Positions 1-13,650 of a DNA stretch of 64,000 bases are shown here, one piece after another. How positions within the stretch are numbered: the stretch's first letter is position 1; each line of letters opens with the position of its first letter. The DNA is taken from assembly GCA_044892525.1 (NCBI GenBank), contig CM097885.1, forward strand, positions 52,144,001 through 52,208,000, given 5' to 3'. A program made the position numbers and the translations under genes. Source of the stretch: Schmidtea polychroa (taxonomy: Eukaryota). The notes below the pieces were generated by a model. The model was given only the letters and a program-made list of their open reading frames with translations. It did not search any database and was not told the origin of the DNA.

Positions 1-136
1 ATGAATAAATTACCTTTTGCTTTAAATGTCTAAAAAGTTAACCAATAAATTAGTCGCTCGACATAAGTGTAAAGTTACATTTAAAATATTCACAAATTTC
101 TGATTATCTTACCTAAGAATTTCTAAATGATTAATA

Positions 137-222
137 TTGCGACTTGTTGAGTGTGACCAGTACCCTTGCTAGCAATACCCATAGGGGGACAGAATATTTT
201 GTCGGATAAACTAGGAGTATAT
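137..222 (+). promoter_or_regulatory. Conserved TACCCT-box/GTCGGATA/TATA motif, copy 1
   Basis: gtacccttgctagcaatacccatagggggacagaatattttgtcggataaactaggagtatat; near-identical copies at ~2003, ~3090, ~3310, ~49195 and (reverse) ~51250. Function is inferred. Confidence 0.45.
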
Positions 223-2002
223 GGTCTTTATTGATATATCAAAATACTGTTATTTATAAATCAACTAAAAATACTCAAAAATACTATATTATTTTACTGA
301 ATGATACCTTAAATGTTTTTAATATACATATTTCTAAAATAAATCAACAGTTCAAACCAACAACATGTATGCAAGACCACCCATTGTTAATTTATTCCCA
401 GTGTCACGTCCCTCAAAAATACCGTGAGTGTTTTAACAAAACTGAGCTCAAAGAAACTTTCCAGATAACAACTCACCTGAATGTTTTGAACAAAAATGAG
501 CGAAATTGAGAACAAACGATTAGATGGCGATTAAATTCTGGCCACAACCCTAACAACATGAAAATTAAGATTTTAATTATTGAATTCGTTGTTTACTGCC
601 TGGAAATACTAACAGAATATTTTTTAATTCAAAGAATCTTCATTATAAATTTTGAATTTAAAAAATTAAATGAAGGATATATAAGTGTACATAAAATTAT
701 AATATTATATAAAATTATACTATATAATAATGTTAATGTTTAAATATGCTTAAATAACTAAATTGTTTAAATATTTTTAAATAACTAAATTAAATTATTT
801 AAATTTAAATTATTTAAATATACTTTTGATATAACTTTATTTCTTTCGTTTTAGTATCCATAAAGTAAGTAAATAAAGAATTTACTACAATATTTTAATT
901 ATTTTACTTAGTAATGAAGAAAATGAATTATATGATTATGAAGAAGATGAACCAGATAAAATGGTGAAACACTAAATGACTTATGTTCTGGATTTAGAAA
1001 TTTCTTATTAAAACATGAATTATAGAAAAAAATGAACCAGACAAAATGGTGAAACATTGCTATGTTCCGGATTTCTTAAATGAATTAGCTGATTGTGGGT
1101 GTCCTTCAAAATGAATTATCAGACTTAAATTATGTAAACTTTCAACGATTGTCAAGAAAAATGGGAAAAACCGATGTTTTAGCAATTAGATATTGTAAAG
1201 TACTACCTGAAGAATATTATTATTAATGTAAGACATGAATTAATTCTTTAAAATATATATATTATATTTAGGTATCTGTGTTTTATGGTGGGAAATGACA
1301 TTGAAAAAGTATACCACAAATAACAGTTGCCTAATTTATCAAGCCTGTGACGATAAAATGCTAGATAATGTAAGTTAATTGCTTTTAAATCAATATAAAT
1401 TTTAGCAATGATAGTTGACGCCACATCAGAAACTAAGAAATATGTCCAATTCGCAAGATGTATTCCAAATGGCCCGATGGAGATGATAATTTTGAGATAG
1501 AATACCAGCAGAAGAGCGAGAAAAATTTGTAAATTAAATATAATAGGGTTGGGTGGGTCCTCTTTATCCCTTAATTAATATATATTTACAAGCTGATCGT
1601 CGTGGTGGGCGGTTGTAATCCAACTAGTGGGAGGCCTCTGTAAATATATATTTGTGTTAGTGAAAACATTAATTAATTTGGTTATAGTGCCAATGACGCA
1701 TGTATTTTGAAATTATACGTTTCGAATGTACTGGTAGTTGACTACCCATGCTAGGCGTAATGTTCCGTACGGAAAACTATAATGCCCAGGTTCTTCTGAC
1801 CCCACTTGGGGAAGGCACAGACGACCCTTGTGGACGCGAACAAATATCCACCGTGTCTTTCAGGCACAGATATTTGGTCACTGCTCATTAGGCCTGGCAA
1901 TACTAAATGCATAAACTTTGCCTTGTCCTCTCTTGTCTTGATTTTTATCGTTTAAATATAAAAGTGTGTGTGATAAGTTTTATTTACTAACATTAATTAA
2001 TA

Positions 2003-2094
2003 TACCCTTGCGACATGTTGAATGTGAGTAGTACCTTTGTGAGCAATACCCATAGGGGGACAGAATATTTTGTCGGATAGACTAGGAGTATATA
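2003..2094 (+). promoter_or_regulatory. Conserved TACCCT-box/GTCGGATA/TATA motif, copy 2
   Basis: tacccttgcgacatgttgaatgtgagtagtacctttgtgagcaatacccatagggggacagaatattttgtcggatagactaggagtatata; almost identical to 49210-49301. Confidence 0.45.
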
Positions 2095-2219
2095 CACCCA
2101 TGTTAAACAAGGTATGTGTATATAGAATGTGTGTGTAAAATTATCGCTCCTTATTGACAACTTCCTGTAAAGGCAAACACAGAATACTGCAAACATAATA
2201 ATACTCTACCCCATAACTT

Positions 2220-2266
2220 AGTATGTAAAAATTATTTAAGGTTTTTTCACTAATAATAATAATAAT

Positions 2267-2329
<63 letters not shown>

Positions 2330-2807
2330 GTTTAATGGGTTGTATATGTGTGTAGAAGATATTTTAGGTTTTCACTAATATTGATACAAATAATTGTTAA
2401 TGGGTCATGTGTGTGTGTAAAAAAAAAAATTTTAAGTTTTTGACTAGTATTTGCAATAATAATAATATTGATAATAATAATTGTTAATTGGTTGTGTGTG
2501 TGTTTTTATGTTTTTGACTAATATTTGCAATAATAATAATAATAATAATAAGTTTAATGAGTTGTATGTGTGTGTGTAAAAATATTTTAGGTTTTTAATA
2601 TTGATAATAATAATAATAATGGTTAATGGGTTGTGTGTGTGTGTAAAAAATATTTTAGGTTTTCACTAATAATGATAATAATAATGGTTAATGAGTTGTG
2701 CATGTGTGTGTGTGTGTAGAAAATATTTTAGGTTTTTAATATTGATAATAATAATAATGGTTGAGGGGTTGTGTGTGTGCAAACCATATTTTAGATTTTT
2801 CATTAAC

Positions 2808-2848
<41 letters not shown>

Positions 2849-2880
2849 TAATAATAATAATTACTCCCGCGCGTGTTAAT
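2220..2880. repeat. Degenerate tandem repeat of (AAT)n-gttaatgggttgtgtgtg-aaaatattttaggtttt units
   Basis: Several ~65-75 bp units visible with variable AAT and GT tract lengths. Confidence 0.75.
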
Positions 2881-3089
2881 ACTTTAAAAGAAAATATTGA
2901 AAATTAAAAAAATAATAATAATATTTATGCAAAGCATGTGCAATAATTATGTCTTTGTTAATTAAGTAAACTTTAGTGTCAAAATAAGTTTTTAAAATAT
3001 TTTTAAATTTAAAATACCGCAACTTAATATATTTTTGTTCTACCCCTTCATTGATTTAAGTTGGTCAGAATTTAATAATAATTATATTA

Positions 3090-3229
3090 TACCCTTTGAG
3101 ACATGTTGAATGTGAGTAGTACACCTTTGACCATTACCCATATGAGCAATACCCATAAAGGGATAGAATATTTTGTCGGATAGATTAAGAGTATATATGA
3201 CAATAATATTCCCCGTGCGCGTAATAATA

Positions 3230-3275
<46 letters not shown>

Positions 3276-3424
3276 TGAACTTGTATTTGAAATAATAATA
3301 ATAATAATTTACGACATATTGAGTGTGAGCAGTACCCTTGTGACTTGTTGAGTGTGAGTAGTACATTTGTGTGCAGTACCCATAGGGGGACAGAATATCT
3401 TGTCGGATAGACTAGGAGTATATA
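3090..3424 (+). promoter_or_regulatory. Conserved motif, copies 3 (3090-3198) and 4 (~3310-3424), separated by (AAT)n
   Basis: Both contain taccc...cagaatat(t/c)ttgtcggatag and end in gagtatata. Confidence 0.45.
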
Positions 3425-3447
3425 ATAATTATAATTATAACTATAAT

Positions 3448-3520
<73 letters not shown>

Positions 3521-3569
3521 TTAATAATAATAATAATAATAAAACTTAGAAACTAAAAACTTAAAAAAT

Positions 3570-4272
3570 AATAAATGACCTTGAAAAAATAAATGACCTT
3601 GAAAAAATAAATGACCTTGAAAAAATAAATGACCTTGAAAATAATAAATGACCTTGACCTTTTATTTAAAAATTAAATGACCTTGAAAAAATAAATGACC
3701 TTGACCTTGACCTTGAAAATAATATTTTGAAAAATAAATGACCTTGAAAAATGGTCTCGGTAAAACTTTAATAACTTTGCCGATGTTAATGATGATGATA
3801 CCTTCTATGGCTCAATTGAAAGGTCTTAGACTACGCTTCAAAATAAGCTATCGATTAATAAATTCGGATAATGGGAACATTAATTTTTGGGATGAGAAAA
3901 AGTATGTCACCGCCCGGCCAATTAATAATATTTTGAATAATAATAATAATTTAACGTTGAAAAGATGGTGGTCATCAATTGTTAATAACTTTGTCAATAA
4001 TAATGATGATGATACCTTCTATGAATCAATCGAAAGATCTTGCATTGGGCTTTAAAATGAGCTATCGTTGAATAATTATCGTTGTCGGGAACTCTGTACA
4101 TTTAAATTTTAAAATATGACCTTGAAAAAATAAATGACCTTGAAAAAATAAATGACCTTGAAAAAATAAATGACCTTGAAAAAATAAATGACCTTGAAAA
4201 AATAAATGACCTTGAAAAAATAAATGACCTTGAAAAAATAAATGACCTTGAAAAAATAAATGACCTTGAAAA
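3570..4272. repeat. Two arrays of an 18-bp unit (aaataaatgaccttgaaa)
   Basis: Arrays at ~3570-3750 and ~4117-4272; the second is nearly perfect, about 9 units. Confidence 0.95.
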
Positions 4273-4880
4273 ATGGTCTCGGTAAAACTTTAATAACTTT
4301 GCCGATGTTAATGATGATGATACCTTCTATGGCTCAATTGAAAGGTCTTAGACTACGCTTCAAAATAAGCTATCGATTAATAAATTCGGATAATGGGAAC
4401 ATTAATTTTTGGGATGAAAAAAAGTGTGAGCCCGCCAGGCCAATTAATAATATTTTGAATAATAATAATAATTTAACGTTGAAAAGATGGTGGTCATCAA
4501 TTGTTAATAACTTTGTCAATATTAATGATGATGATACCTTCTATGGATCAATCGAAAGGTCTTGGACTGAGCTTTAAGATGAGGTATCGTCCAATAAAAT
4601 CCGTTGGTGGGAACATTAATTTTTGGGATGAAAAAAAGTGTGAGCCCGCCAGGCCAATTAATAATATTTTGGAAAATAATAATAATTTAACGTTGAAAAG
4701 ATGGTGGTCATCAATTGTTAATAACATTAAAACTATTAAAGATATATATGATACCTATAGCTCATTCGAAAGGTCTTGGACTGTGCTTTAAGATGAGGTA
4801 TCGGTCAATAAAATCTGTTAACGAGAACATTAATTTTTGGGATGAAAAAAAGTGTGAGCCCGCCAGGCCAATTAATTAAA
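3750..4880. repeat. Subterminal ~216-219 bp tandem repeats within a 522-bp higher-order duplication
   Basis: Recurrent gaacattaatttttgggatga..aagt and ttaacgttgaaaagatggtggtcatcaattgttaataac; the near-duplicate ORFs at 3738 and 4260 mark the 522-bp period. Confidence 0.9.
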
Positions 4881-5011
4881 ACAAAAAATTAAAAAAAAAA
4901 AATTTTTTTTTTCCCGGGGGGGGGGGGGGAGGGGGTATATGTGGCGCGGGGAGCTCCTGGTCTGGGGAGCTCCAATCATACTACTTAACTATATTAAGGA
5001 TTTTTTATATA

Positions 5012-6056
5012 CCGTATTTTCCCGAAAATAAGACACTGTCTTACTTCAAATTTTCAGAAAAAAAGCTACCTAGGGCTTATTTTCGGGTCATATTTTCAAA
5101 AAAAATTTATTACGTTTAAAAACTAGACATTTATTCAAATATAATCATGTCATCCACTTCATTTACATCACCATCATTACTGTCAGTCGGGGTTACAATA
5201 TTGCCCATCCGTGATTCAATTTCATCCAAGATCATCGGTCCAAATCTCGAATGCCTGGCAATATAGCTATTCATACCATGCGAATCACGATTTATGGTCT
5301 AATATCTTTATGTTTCGTTTATAGTGACTTATGAATGTGACTAACTTTTTTCAGTCAAAAAAAATTATTTTATTTCGGCATAACAACCTTATGACGTAAA
5401 ATCGAAAGAAAGTGCCAGGGATAAATAAAAAAAAATATAAATTTTATAACAATATGCTAAAATGCAATTGCCCAAGCAATTCAATATGTTCGAACCTAAA
5501 CTACACGTGAAGGAGGTGTATGTAAGACATCTGAACAGAACATGTATTAAAATACCTAAAAACCCATGTAAAACCGACACATGTGATTTTAAAATTATGG
5601 TCATGATCATTGGATTGGGGATTGAATAACTAACAGATTTGCCAGTATTTGACACTTTAAAGCATATATTTATGGCTAATTTGAATTAAAATTACTATTT
5701 TTTTCGTTATGTAAATAAGTAAACAGATCTTTCAAGGTAGGTCTTATTTTTAGGGTAGGTCTTATATTTTTTGTGGGCGAATAATTCATGCTAGGTCTTA
5801 TTTTCGAGGTAGGTCTTATTATAGGGCAGTGGTTCTCAAACTTTTTTGATCACGACCCAAATTTTTGACATTTCATGCCAAAAATTTTATTGCGACCCAC
5901 ATGACAAAGATTAAATAAATTTAAAAGGCTTAAACTTCCAAAATTTATATTTGTAGATATTTCCATAAGTCATCGCGACCCACCAAAAATTCTTTCGCTA
6001 CCCAAAAATGGGTCGCGACCCATAGTTTGAGAAACACTGTTATAGGGGAAATACGG
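5012..6056. mobile_element. pogo/Tigger-like (Tc1-mariner superfamily) non-autonomous DNA transposon
   Basis: Terminal inverted repeats (TIRs) ccgtattttcccgaaaataagac / gtcttatt[..]gaaatacgg with TA on both sides (5010-11, 6057-58); the right TIR is interrupted by a hAT MITE. Confidence 0.8.
5827..6039. mobile_element. hAT (Charlie-like) MITE, 213 bp
   Basis: TIRs cagtggttctcaaac / gtttgagaaacactg; perfect 8-bp TSD ttataggg (5819-5826, 6040-6047). Confidence 0.92.
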
Positions 6057-6253
6057 TAGTTATATCGTGAATAATTAATCAATTACTAAATTATATTCAA
6101 TATGTTAAAATTTAAAAAAGTAATATATTATTTGAATTATAATTTTTTAAAGAATGAAGTGATTATTATTAGAAAATTTTTTTTATATAAATAATAATTA
6201 ATACAATTAATAAATTTGTTTAAAAATCCTTAATTTATATAGTTATTATATCC

Positions 6254-6292
6254 CACCTGATGATGACAGGAAAACTGTCGAAATATATCGTG
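6254..6292 (+). ncRNA. Minimal type I hammerhead ribozyme motif (Penelope-like retroelement type)
   Basis: cac-CTGATGA-t-GACAG-gaaaa-CTGTC-GAAA-tatATC-gtg: intact core, 5-bp stem II, palindromic minimal stem III, AUC cleavage triplet, only 3-bp stem I. Confidence 0.75.
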
Positions 6293-6903
6293 AAAAGAAT
6301 GTTTGATTGGCGCTTTCTTATAATTAAATCGTTGCCATGTACGATTTATATAATAATATTGTATTAAAAATTAAATTCTATCTATCCATATACTCAAATT
6401 TTTTATTTTAAAATAATATTTTTATTGACAATATTTTTTCGTGATATGTTAAATCAAAATATAAAAATTTTAATTTCATGTATTTCTTTGATTAGTGGAC
6501 TTCATTAAATAGAAAATGAACGATTGAAACCTAATAATTTGTCTTATAAAATCTCACAAAATAAAGTCATTCAGTTTACCGTCAGTGGTTTTATGCTTTT
6601 ATAATAATCTTTGCATATAAATATTTATTCAATAGAATTAATTACACAAGAAAAACTCAAGATAGACTCAATCTACTTACAATAAGTAGATTATAAATGA
6701 ACAAAACAGACGAAATTTGTGATATTTCTTGTCTATTGATAGAGAGTTTAGCAAATTATGATGGAATGAAGAAAAAGAAATAGAAATATTTCTTCTACTC
6801 TAGTAAATGATGAAAAGCCAATATTCTTTTATTTCAACGTTTCATCACTTTGAGTTGAAAGATTTTCAAAAGAAAAGATTTCAAATGAATGAAATTATCT
6901 TAC

Positions 6904-7058
6904 TTTCTTTAACAAGAATATCATATCCAGTTAAAATTCCATTAGTTGCTAATGGCTTTGCCCATGCTATTTCAATGTAATTTATTTCGATAGTTTCAAT
7001 GTTGAACTCTGTCACTGGACCAGGCGTTCCTTCTTTAGTTTGGATTCGTACTTCTTCA
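6904..7058 (-). CDS. L1CAM/neuroglian-like gene, exon (end of FnIII-3, start of FnIII-4)
   Basis: attag|t...gaaa|gtaag; reads (S)EEVRIQTKEGTPGPVTEFNIETIEINYIEIAWAKPLATNGILTGYDILVKE; the phase-2 junction matches the 16427 donor; FnIII W..P...NG.LTGY motif. Confidence 0.88.
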
Positions 7059-7164
7059 CTAATTTAAAATAAATTAAGCATTTTTAATACAAATAATCAT
7101 ACATACACACACACACATTTATCAAGTACTAGGTTTATACTAAATACTAAGTTCCATAGGCAGT

Positions 7165-7168
<4 letters not shown>

Positions 7169-7245
<77 letters not shown>
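7169..7245. repeat. (TA)n microsatellite
   Basis: Perfect TA run. Confidence 0.98.
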
Positions 7246-7248
<3 letters not shown>

Positions 7249-10200
7249 CTATGAAATGAACTAAAAATTTTGAATATAGACATTAATCATATTATGATAA
7301 ATTAACGGAGATTAAACTTTTACTTTTAATCTATTTTAGGAATTAAAACAAAATTTATAATTACTACTGAAGTCATAAAAATTGAAACGCCTTGACAATA
7401 GATGAAAACAAAATTAGGAACATAATAAAATTAATTAAATTTAAAGCAATTAAACTTCTTATTTAAAAGCAATAAAACATTCTAGTTTTATTACAAATTT
7501 TTAGTACACTAAATTTCCTTAAGTTATGAAAATGTTTTCAATAAATTTAATAAATGTGAAACATAAAAATTAGTTCAGTCCTTACTCAGAACGAAATTCT
7601 TGTTAATTTGTATAGTTGTAAATAGTTATGTTTCAAATTTATTTAAATAAATCTAGATATTTCCTCCGAGAGAAATCCTGTCTGGATTATTATATTTGTT
7701 TTAATGTATTTTAACAAATTTTTTAAAAGGGGTTTGGGTTTTTTTTATTTGCATTATAACTTGAAAAATTGATGGCGTAATAGGTAAGAAAGGAGACAAT
7801 CGGACAACATCAATTTTATTTTCCTATGGATAGTGATATTTGAGACAAATGGTTAGAAATTATCATTCAAAATATTTCCCATTGTTTCCCATATATTTAA
7901 ATCCTAATGTTCTAAAAAAATATGATCCACTCTACTCTCTAAAGTCCATAAATAATGGCTACCAATTGATTGAAAAAAGCAAAGACATCATAAAAGATTT
8001 TAATGCTTTATAATAAAGATCCTAACATTATTTTGTTTAAAATTCATTTTCATCACACACGAAAATATTTTTTACAAAGATCTTTGATTCAAGATTAGAT
8101 GCTATGTTTAAAATTCAATGTTTCTTTTGATCCTCTATTAAAGTAGAAGGCACCCATTTATTCTTTTTTTAACTGCGTGATTTTTTCCCAAAGTACGAGA
8201 TATTGTTAAATAATAATTTGAAATATTACGCATTGTTTTGTTTAAAATTATATGTAATGAATTTTAAACAATAATAAATACGTGAAATAACTTTTATGTG
8301 ACGAGTGCTTGTTTTTAAAATCATAATATCTATACTTAAATTGGTTTCTAACTTATATATTTAAAGGGTTAAAAATATTTTTATCGTCATTGTCGACGCA
8401 TAATTTATGATAAATATTTTCAACAATAAAGTTAAATCACCTTTGGATCTTAATATAAATCTGTAATTGTTTATTTAATTTATTCTAATTTCATTTATTA
8501 CATACAGTTTTAGCTTACTTATAATAATTTATATAAAACTAATCATGATTTTTACATTTATGTTAAAGTATTTGTTTTAATGTGTTTATCTCTATTTTTA
8601 TATGTTTTGTCTCATAATTACAGAACCAAGTAGAAATATGATACTCAGTTACAAACTAACTAGTTAATAATAAGTAAAATTATACATTCTTGAAATAAAA
8701 TACAAACTAATTATTGTAAAATTAACAAGTAAATATTTAAATTATTCAAAACATAGTAAATAAATATCATAAAAATGTAATTTATGGACAAGAAAGAACT
8801 TTAACTTAGTCATATTCATTATTAATCCAGTATATATTTATCTTTATATTTACTGGTTGTTGATACTTATTTGTTAGCACATAGTTAGCACCTCAATTCT
8901 TCAAAACATGTTACCATATATTTAAAATATATTACTTATTATGAATTATTACTATAAGTTATCCTATTTTCTTTAATTTTTACTATAATTAATTATTACC
9001 TTGATTCTTCAAAATATCATACCATAAATTTTAAGTTATTACTTTCATTTCCTTTATTTTACTTAATTTTAAATATTATCTTAATTTCTCATAAGTCGAT
9101 GAATTTTCTAAATATCTAACCAAAAATTCATGTACAAAAATCTTAGGATCCGATAAATACTTTGGTAATTTATAACAAGAGCTTAAATCAAATACAAAAA
9201 ATCCTGGGACTTAAAAATACTTAAACTTTTTTAATATAAAAATATCTTTAAGCATTTTGCTGAAAGAAAAAAATTTAAAAAAAACAATTTTTAAACCCCC
9301 TCCTCCTAAAAAACTTTTTATATGAGAGGTCTTAAAAAATTGTTTATATATTCCACCGAAATATTCCACCCGAAATAATCCTCTACTGTAATGTAACACT
9401 TTGATTTTGTTAAAAATTTGTAAAAATAAAAAAATTAAACAGCTCTTTAAGTAAATATTTGCTATATGTTTAAATTTATTATAATTTTTATATATTCATT
9501 AATTGAAAATATTTTAGTGATTACCGACTGCTGTCAAGATAAAACGCGTTATCACTATTGACGCTTGTAATAATTTATTTTTAAGTCATTATTTCAAACA
9601 AAACAATTAAGAAATGATTCATAAACTATTTTTCATTTTGCAAATTGTTTACTTCCTATTTAATATATTTATGTAATTTATTCTCGTCAATTTTGAATGG
9701 TAGTTCTTTACGGATCAGTAATTCATAGAAGACAATTGAAAGTATATTCTCCCCAAAAATCATTTGTAGCATTGTAATACTTGGTTGATATAATAAAACA
9801 TGTAATTATTTGAATAGATATATAACATTTTAAACTCAAACAATTTCTTTTTAATTTTTCAGTTAATGTTGTGGAGAAAACATAAATTTAAACATTCAAA
9901 CATAGACATTTGGTTTTGCAAATATATACAAAAGTTACAAACGTATTATGTACATCTTCATAGAATATGTAGTGGCTTAAATCGCGCTATGTGTGACAGG
10001 TCAAATAGAAAAGTGGAGATATGTTCCAAAACCGTTATTTTATATTTTTCAAAATACAATGAAACAAATAATAGTATAAAATTATAAAAATCACTAATTG
10101 AGAGTAAATTTCATTGGAAATAATAGATAAATATTTTAAGAAAATCAAATGAAAGGCATATTTTAATCGTTATTAATGGTTTCAAAGATAATATTTCTTA

Positions 10201-10827
10201 AATATTTTTCACTTGGATAATTACACTGGATGACATTTTTACTTGAATTTTGTCTAAATTTACCATATATAATTTGTATAATACCTGACAAATAGCTTTA
10301 ATCTTTTAAACGTTCTAACACTTTATTCAAACAAACTCTGCTTATAGCTCCATGTGAAATATTTGATTTTAAAAATGTATAAAATGAAAAGATAAAAGTC
10401 TGAAAATTTGAACACCGTTTATTAAAATATATGTCGTATAAATAAGTAGACTACATATGTATGACAACAAAGTATTTAACAAAGCCTTTAAAGGAACATA
10501 TGATGAAGCACTGCCTTCTTGTTTATACATTAAATAGTCTTAAAAGAAAGTAGCTGTTATGATTGGATATAGTCATCATATCGAGTTTCTCTTTTTCACA
10601 CATTATTGGTCACTATTTTCAAACCTTGTTCTTATTCTCTTTTTATCCTTATAATGACGTCTTGAATGTCTTGAGAATTATACGCAATCAGTAACAATTT
10701 ATTTTATTATAATACTTTATAGCTCTACTTAAGTTCAGGTAGAAAGTTCGAAAATAAAGCACCAAATTCTTTTAAAGTTTTTCACAAAACTGAGTACTAT
10801 AAAATGATGAAGATAGTACCTAGTACC

Positions 10828-10866
<39 letters not shown>

Positions 10867-11481
10867 CCTTTATTCAGCGTGACTTCATTTATTCTTTACT
10901 TATAAGATCTAGATAATCTACATTCGTTTAATTATATTAATTTTCTTCTATTGTGGTATTTTGTCTAAATATTTATATTCAACACTAAATGCATTAAGAA
11001 ACAAATATTTTTTCATTGATATTATATTTGTTATTGTATTTGTATTAATTGTATTTATTTATATTTAAGTAAATTATAATAAAATAAATAAGTAAATAAT
11101 ACATCATTTTATATAAAATAATAAAGCATTTAAAAACTCTAGGGCCGAAAATTTGTATTATATATATAATATTAATTTAAAGTCGAAAGATAAAAACAAA
11201 ATGAAATTGTAATTGAAAACAAATTAAATTAAAGTAAAAATAAATAATGTTACTTAAAATATTTTACCGTCTAAGAACACTAAATTTAATTAAATTTTGT
11301 AAATGAATTAGTAATATTAGAAAAAAATAATTTACCTATTAAAAAATAAATTTGTCTAAAAATATGAATATCCTATAATAAAATACATTTTAGTAATATT
11401 AAATTTCTCTAATCAGTAATTTTATATTAAAAATTTGTTATTTTTTAAATAAAGTTAAAAGAAATTTATTTTTACTATATG

Positions 11482-11517
<36 letters not shown>

Positions 11518-13608
11518 ATTTAAAATATTAAATGTGTTTCTTTACTTCATTGAATGTCAATGAAAAATTAATATCGGAAATCAACCTTTTGTAAAATTAT
11601 TATTTTATAAAACAAAAGTAAACAAGAAAATATTACAAAAATAAACAGTTTGTTTTATAAAAATATTAACTTAAATATCAACAAAATCGTTCTTAGCATT
11701 TCAAAAGAAAACCTAAAACGTGTTTTAGAAAAATAAATAAACAAAATTTATTGAATTTTAAACTATTAACAAAATTTTATTTCATTTAGAAAATAAATAA
11801 CCTTTTACCGATTTAAAGAAATTAATGTTAAAATATCGCGATGTTTGTGAATACTATAATAATAATAAAAACAATAATCATATGAAAATTTTAAAAATCA
11901 TAAACCAAATAATTAAACATTAATTTTAAAAACCTATTTTAATAAAAATTAAATTTTATTTTTAACACATTTACAATTAAACAATTAAAAGTTGTATAAA
12001 ACAAACATATCTTTATTAAAATTAATAATTTTTATATTTCCATATAATAATTTAATTAATCAAATCAATGAAAACAAAATATCAAATCCACTGAATTTAA
12101 TATTCTAATTTTTCAGTATTATTGAAAGGCATTGAAATCACAAATATATACATAATTTTGCACATTACTTTTCATGTTCCACTTTGAATACGGCAATACA
12201 AACAGAAACACATTTTCTTTACAAACATAACTAATGCAAACCATTGATTTTTGTTGACTACGCCAATATTTTAGGTAGCTAAATATTTTATACAATGAGT
12301 CTAAAGGATTAACTTGTTCAGTAGTTTTACGGAATAAAAAGGAATGGGTAAAAGTCAAAATATAGATAACATAGTTATAATTGTCTTTTGGATGTTTACG
12401 ATTTCCACTTGGTTAACTTAGTGGTTGAGGAAGATATATTTAAGAAGTTTATTTATTTAAATAGCGACATTTTTAAGTAATATAAAATATCTATGATGTT
12501 TATGTTTATATATTTTCGGTTAATTTCAAATTTAAATAAATGAAAAACAATATTAGTAAAATGATTTATATTTTTCCTCATCTTCGACCTGTTTTCATTT
12601 ACAATTTCATTTACCTTTATTTAGTTTTCAACTGTAGATCAATATTATATATTTAACACAAATTCTCGAGACTGATATCTTTTTATTTGTTATTACATTT
12701 GAAAGAAATTAATCGTGGACAAACGTCTTTGATTTTCATTTCAATTAATTTCTATTCAGTTTTAATATTAAAATACTATTTATTGATAAAGTGAAATGAA
12801 AACCCCTTTATTATGTATAAAATTCTTCATCATTTTTTAAACAAAGTTTGTGAAATATATGATTTTCAGAGGATTGGAGTACTTAGATAATGTGGACAAT
12901 GTACAACATAATATACAGTGCGTAAGATGTTTGAGAATATATGTATGAAAAAACAATGTATTTATGGCTTTAAAGGTTGGGCTTATTTTGATTAGCGATA
13001 TTTTGATTTTAAAGACATTGTGCGCACACAGAAGCGAGCAGTTGAAATTAACCAGTTCCGGAACACTATTTTATTTCTTTTTAAAAAATAATTGAAAATG
13101 GCATTTAGTTATCGGCGGGAAAACCATTTATTTAACAATATAAAACCTTCACAAATAATAAGAAAGTCAACAAAAACAGGTCATATTTATTATAATATTT
13201 TCTTGAAATTATTTCATAAAAGCTTTAATTTTGCAAAATTGAAGTTTCTAAAGCTCTGCAAATAGGAAAATTTCAAAAAAAACCTAATGTTAAGAATAAA
13301 GCGTAGAAGAATTGACTAAGAATTGTGACATGTCATAAAATAAAATAATAAGACTTAAAAATTTGTCTTTATTGTAATACAACCCTATTTAAGTTTAAAA
13401 TAAATGAAAATATATAGAAAGTTCCACACCCATTACATTTTAATAAATTAGTAAAAACATATATCATCATTTAATTAATACTCTGAATTTGTAAAAAATC
13501 CAATTAATTCAAAAAAATAGAAGAAATGTCATTGCAATCAAACCTGGCAACATAGTGTACAAGTTCATTAATTCTTATTAATTAATAATTTGATATTTAT
13601 AAAAAAAA

Positions 13609-13650
<42 letters not shown>

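Larger units (their letters stand above)
1..4985. mobile_element. Right end of a Maverick/Polinton-like element (family A), left part outside the window
   Basis: Ends ...ccaatcatactact at 4985 (reverse complement AGTAGTATG..., a Polinton-type AG-start terminus), preceded by a G-run at ~4916-4935 and subterminal tandem repeats (3570-4880). Shares a ~90 bp motif with the 41941-58659 element. No TSD can be checked because the other end is missing. Confidence 0.6.

Noticed and set aside
3738..4791. Duplicated 105-aa and 96-aa ORFs
   Set aside because: By-products of the tandem repeat; the start codons come from the 18-bp unit and frames shift between units.
9517..9557. agtgat...aaacgcgtt-atcact resembling another minimal hammerhead
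   Set aside because: No CUGANGA-like core and no convincing stem II.
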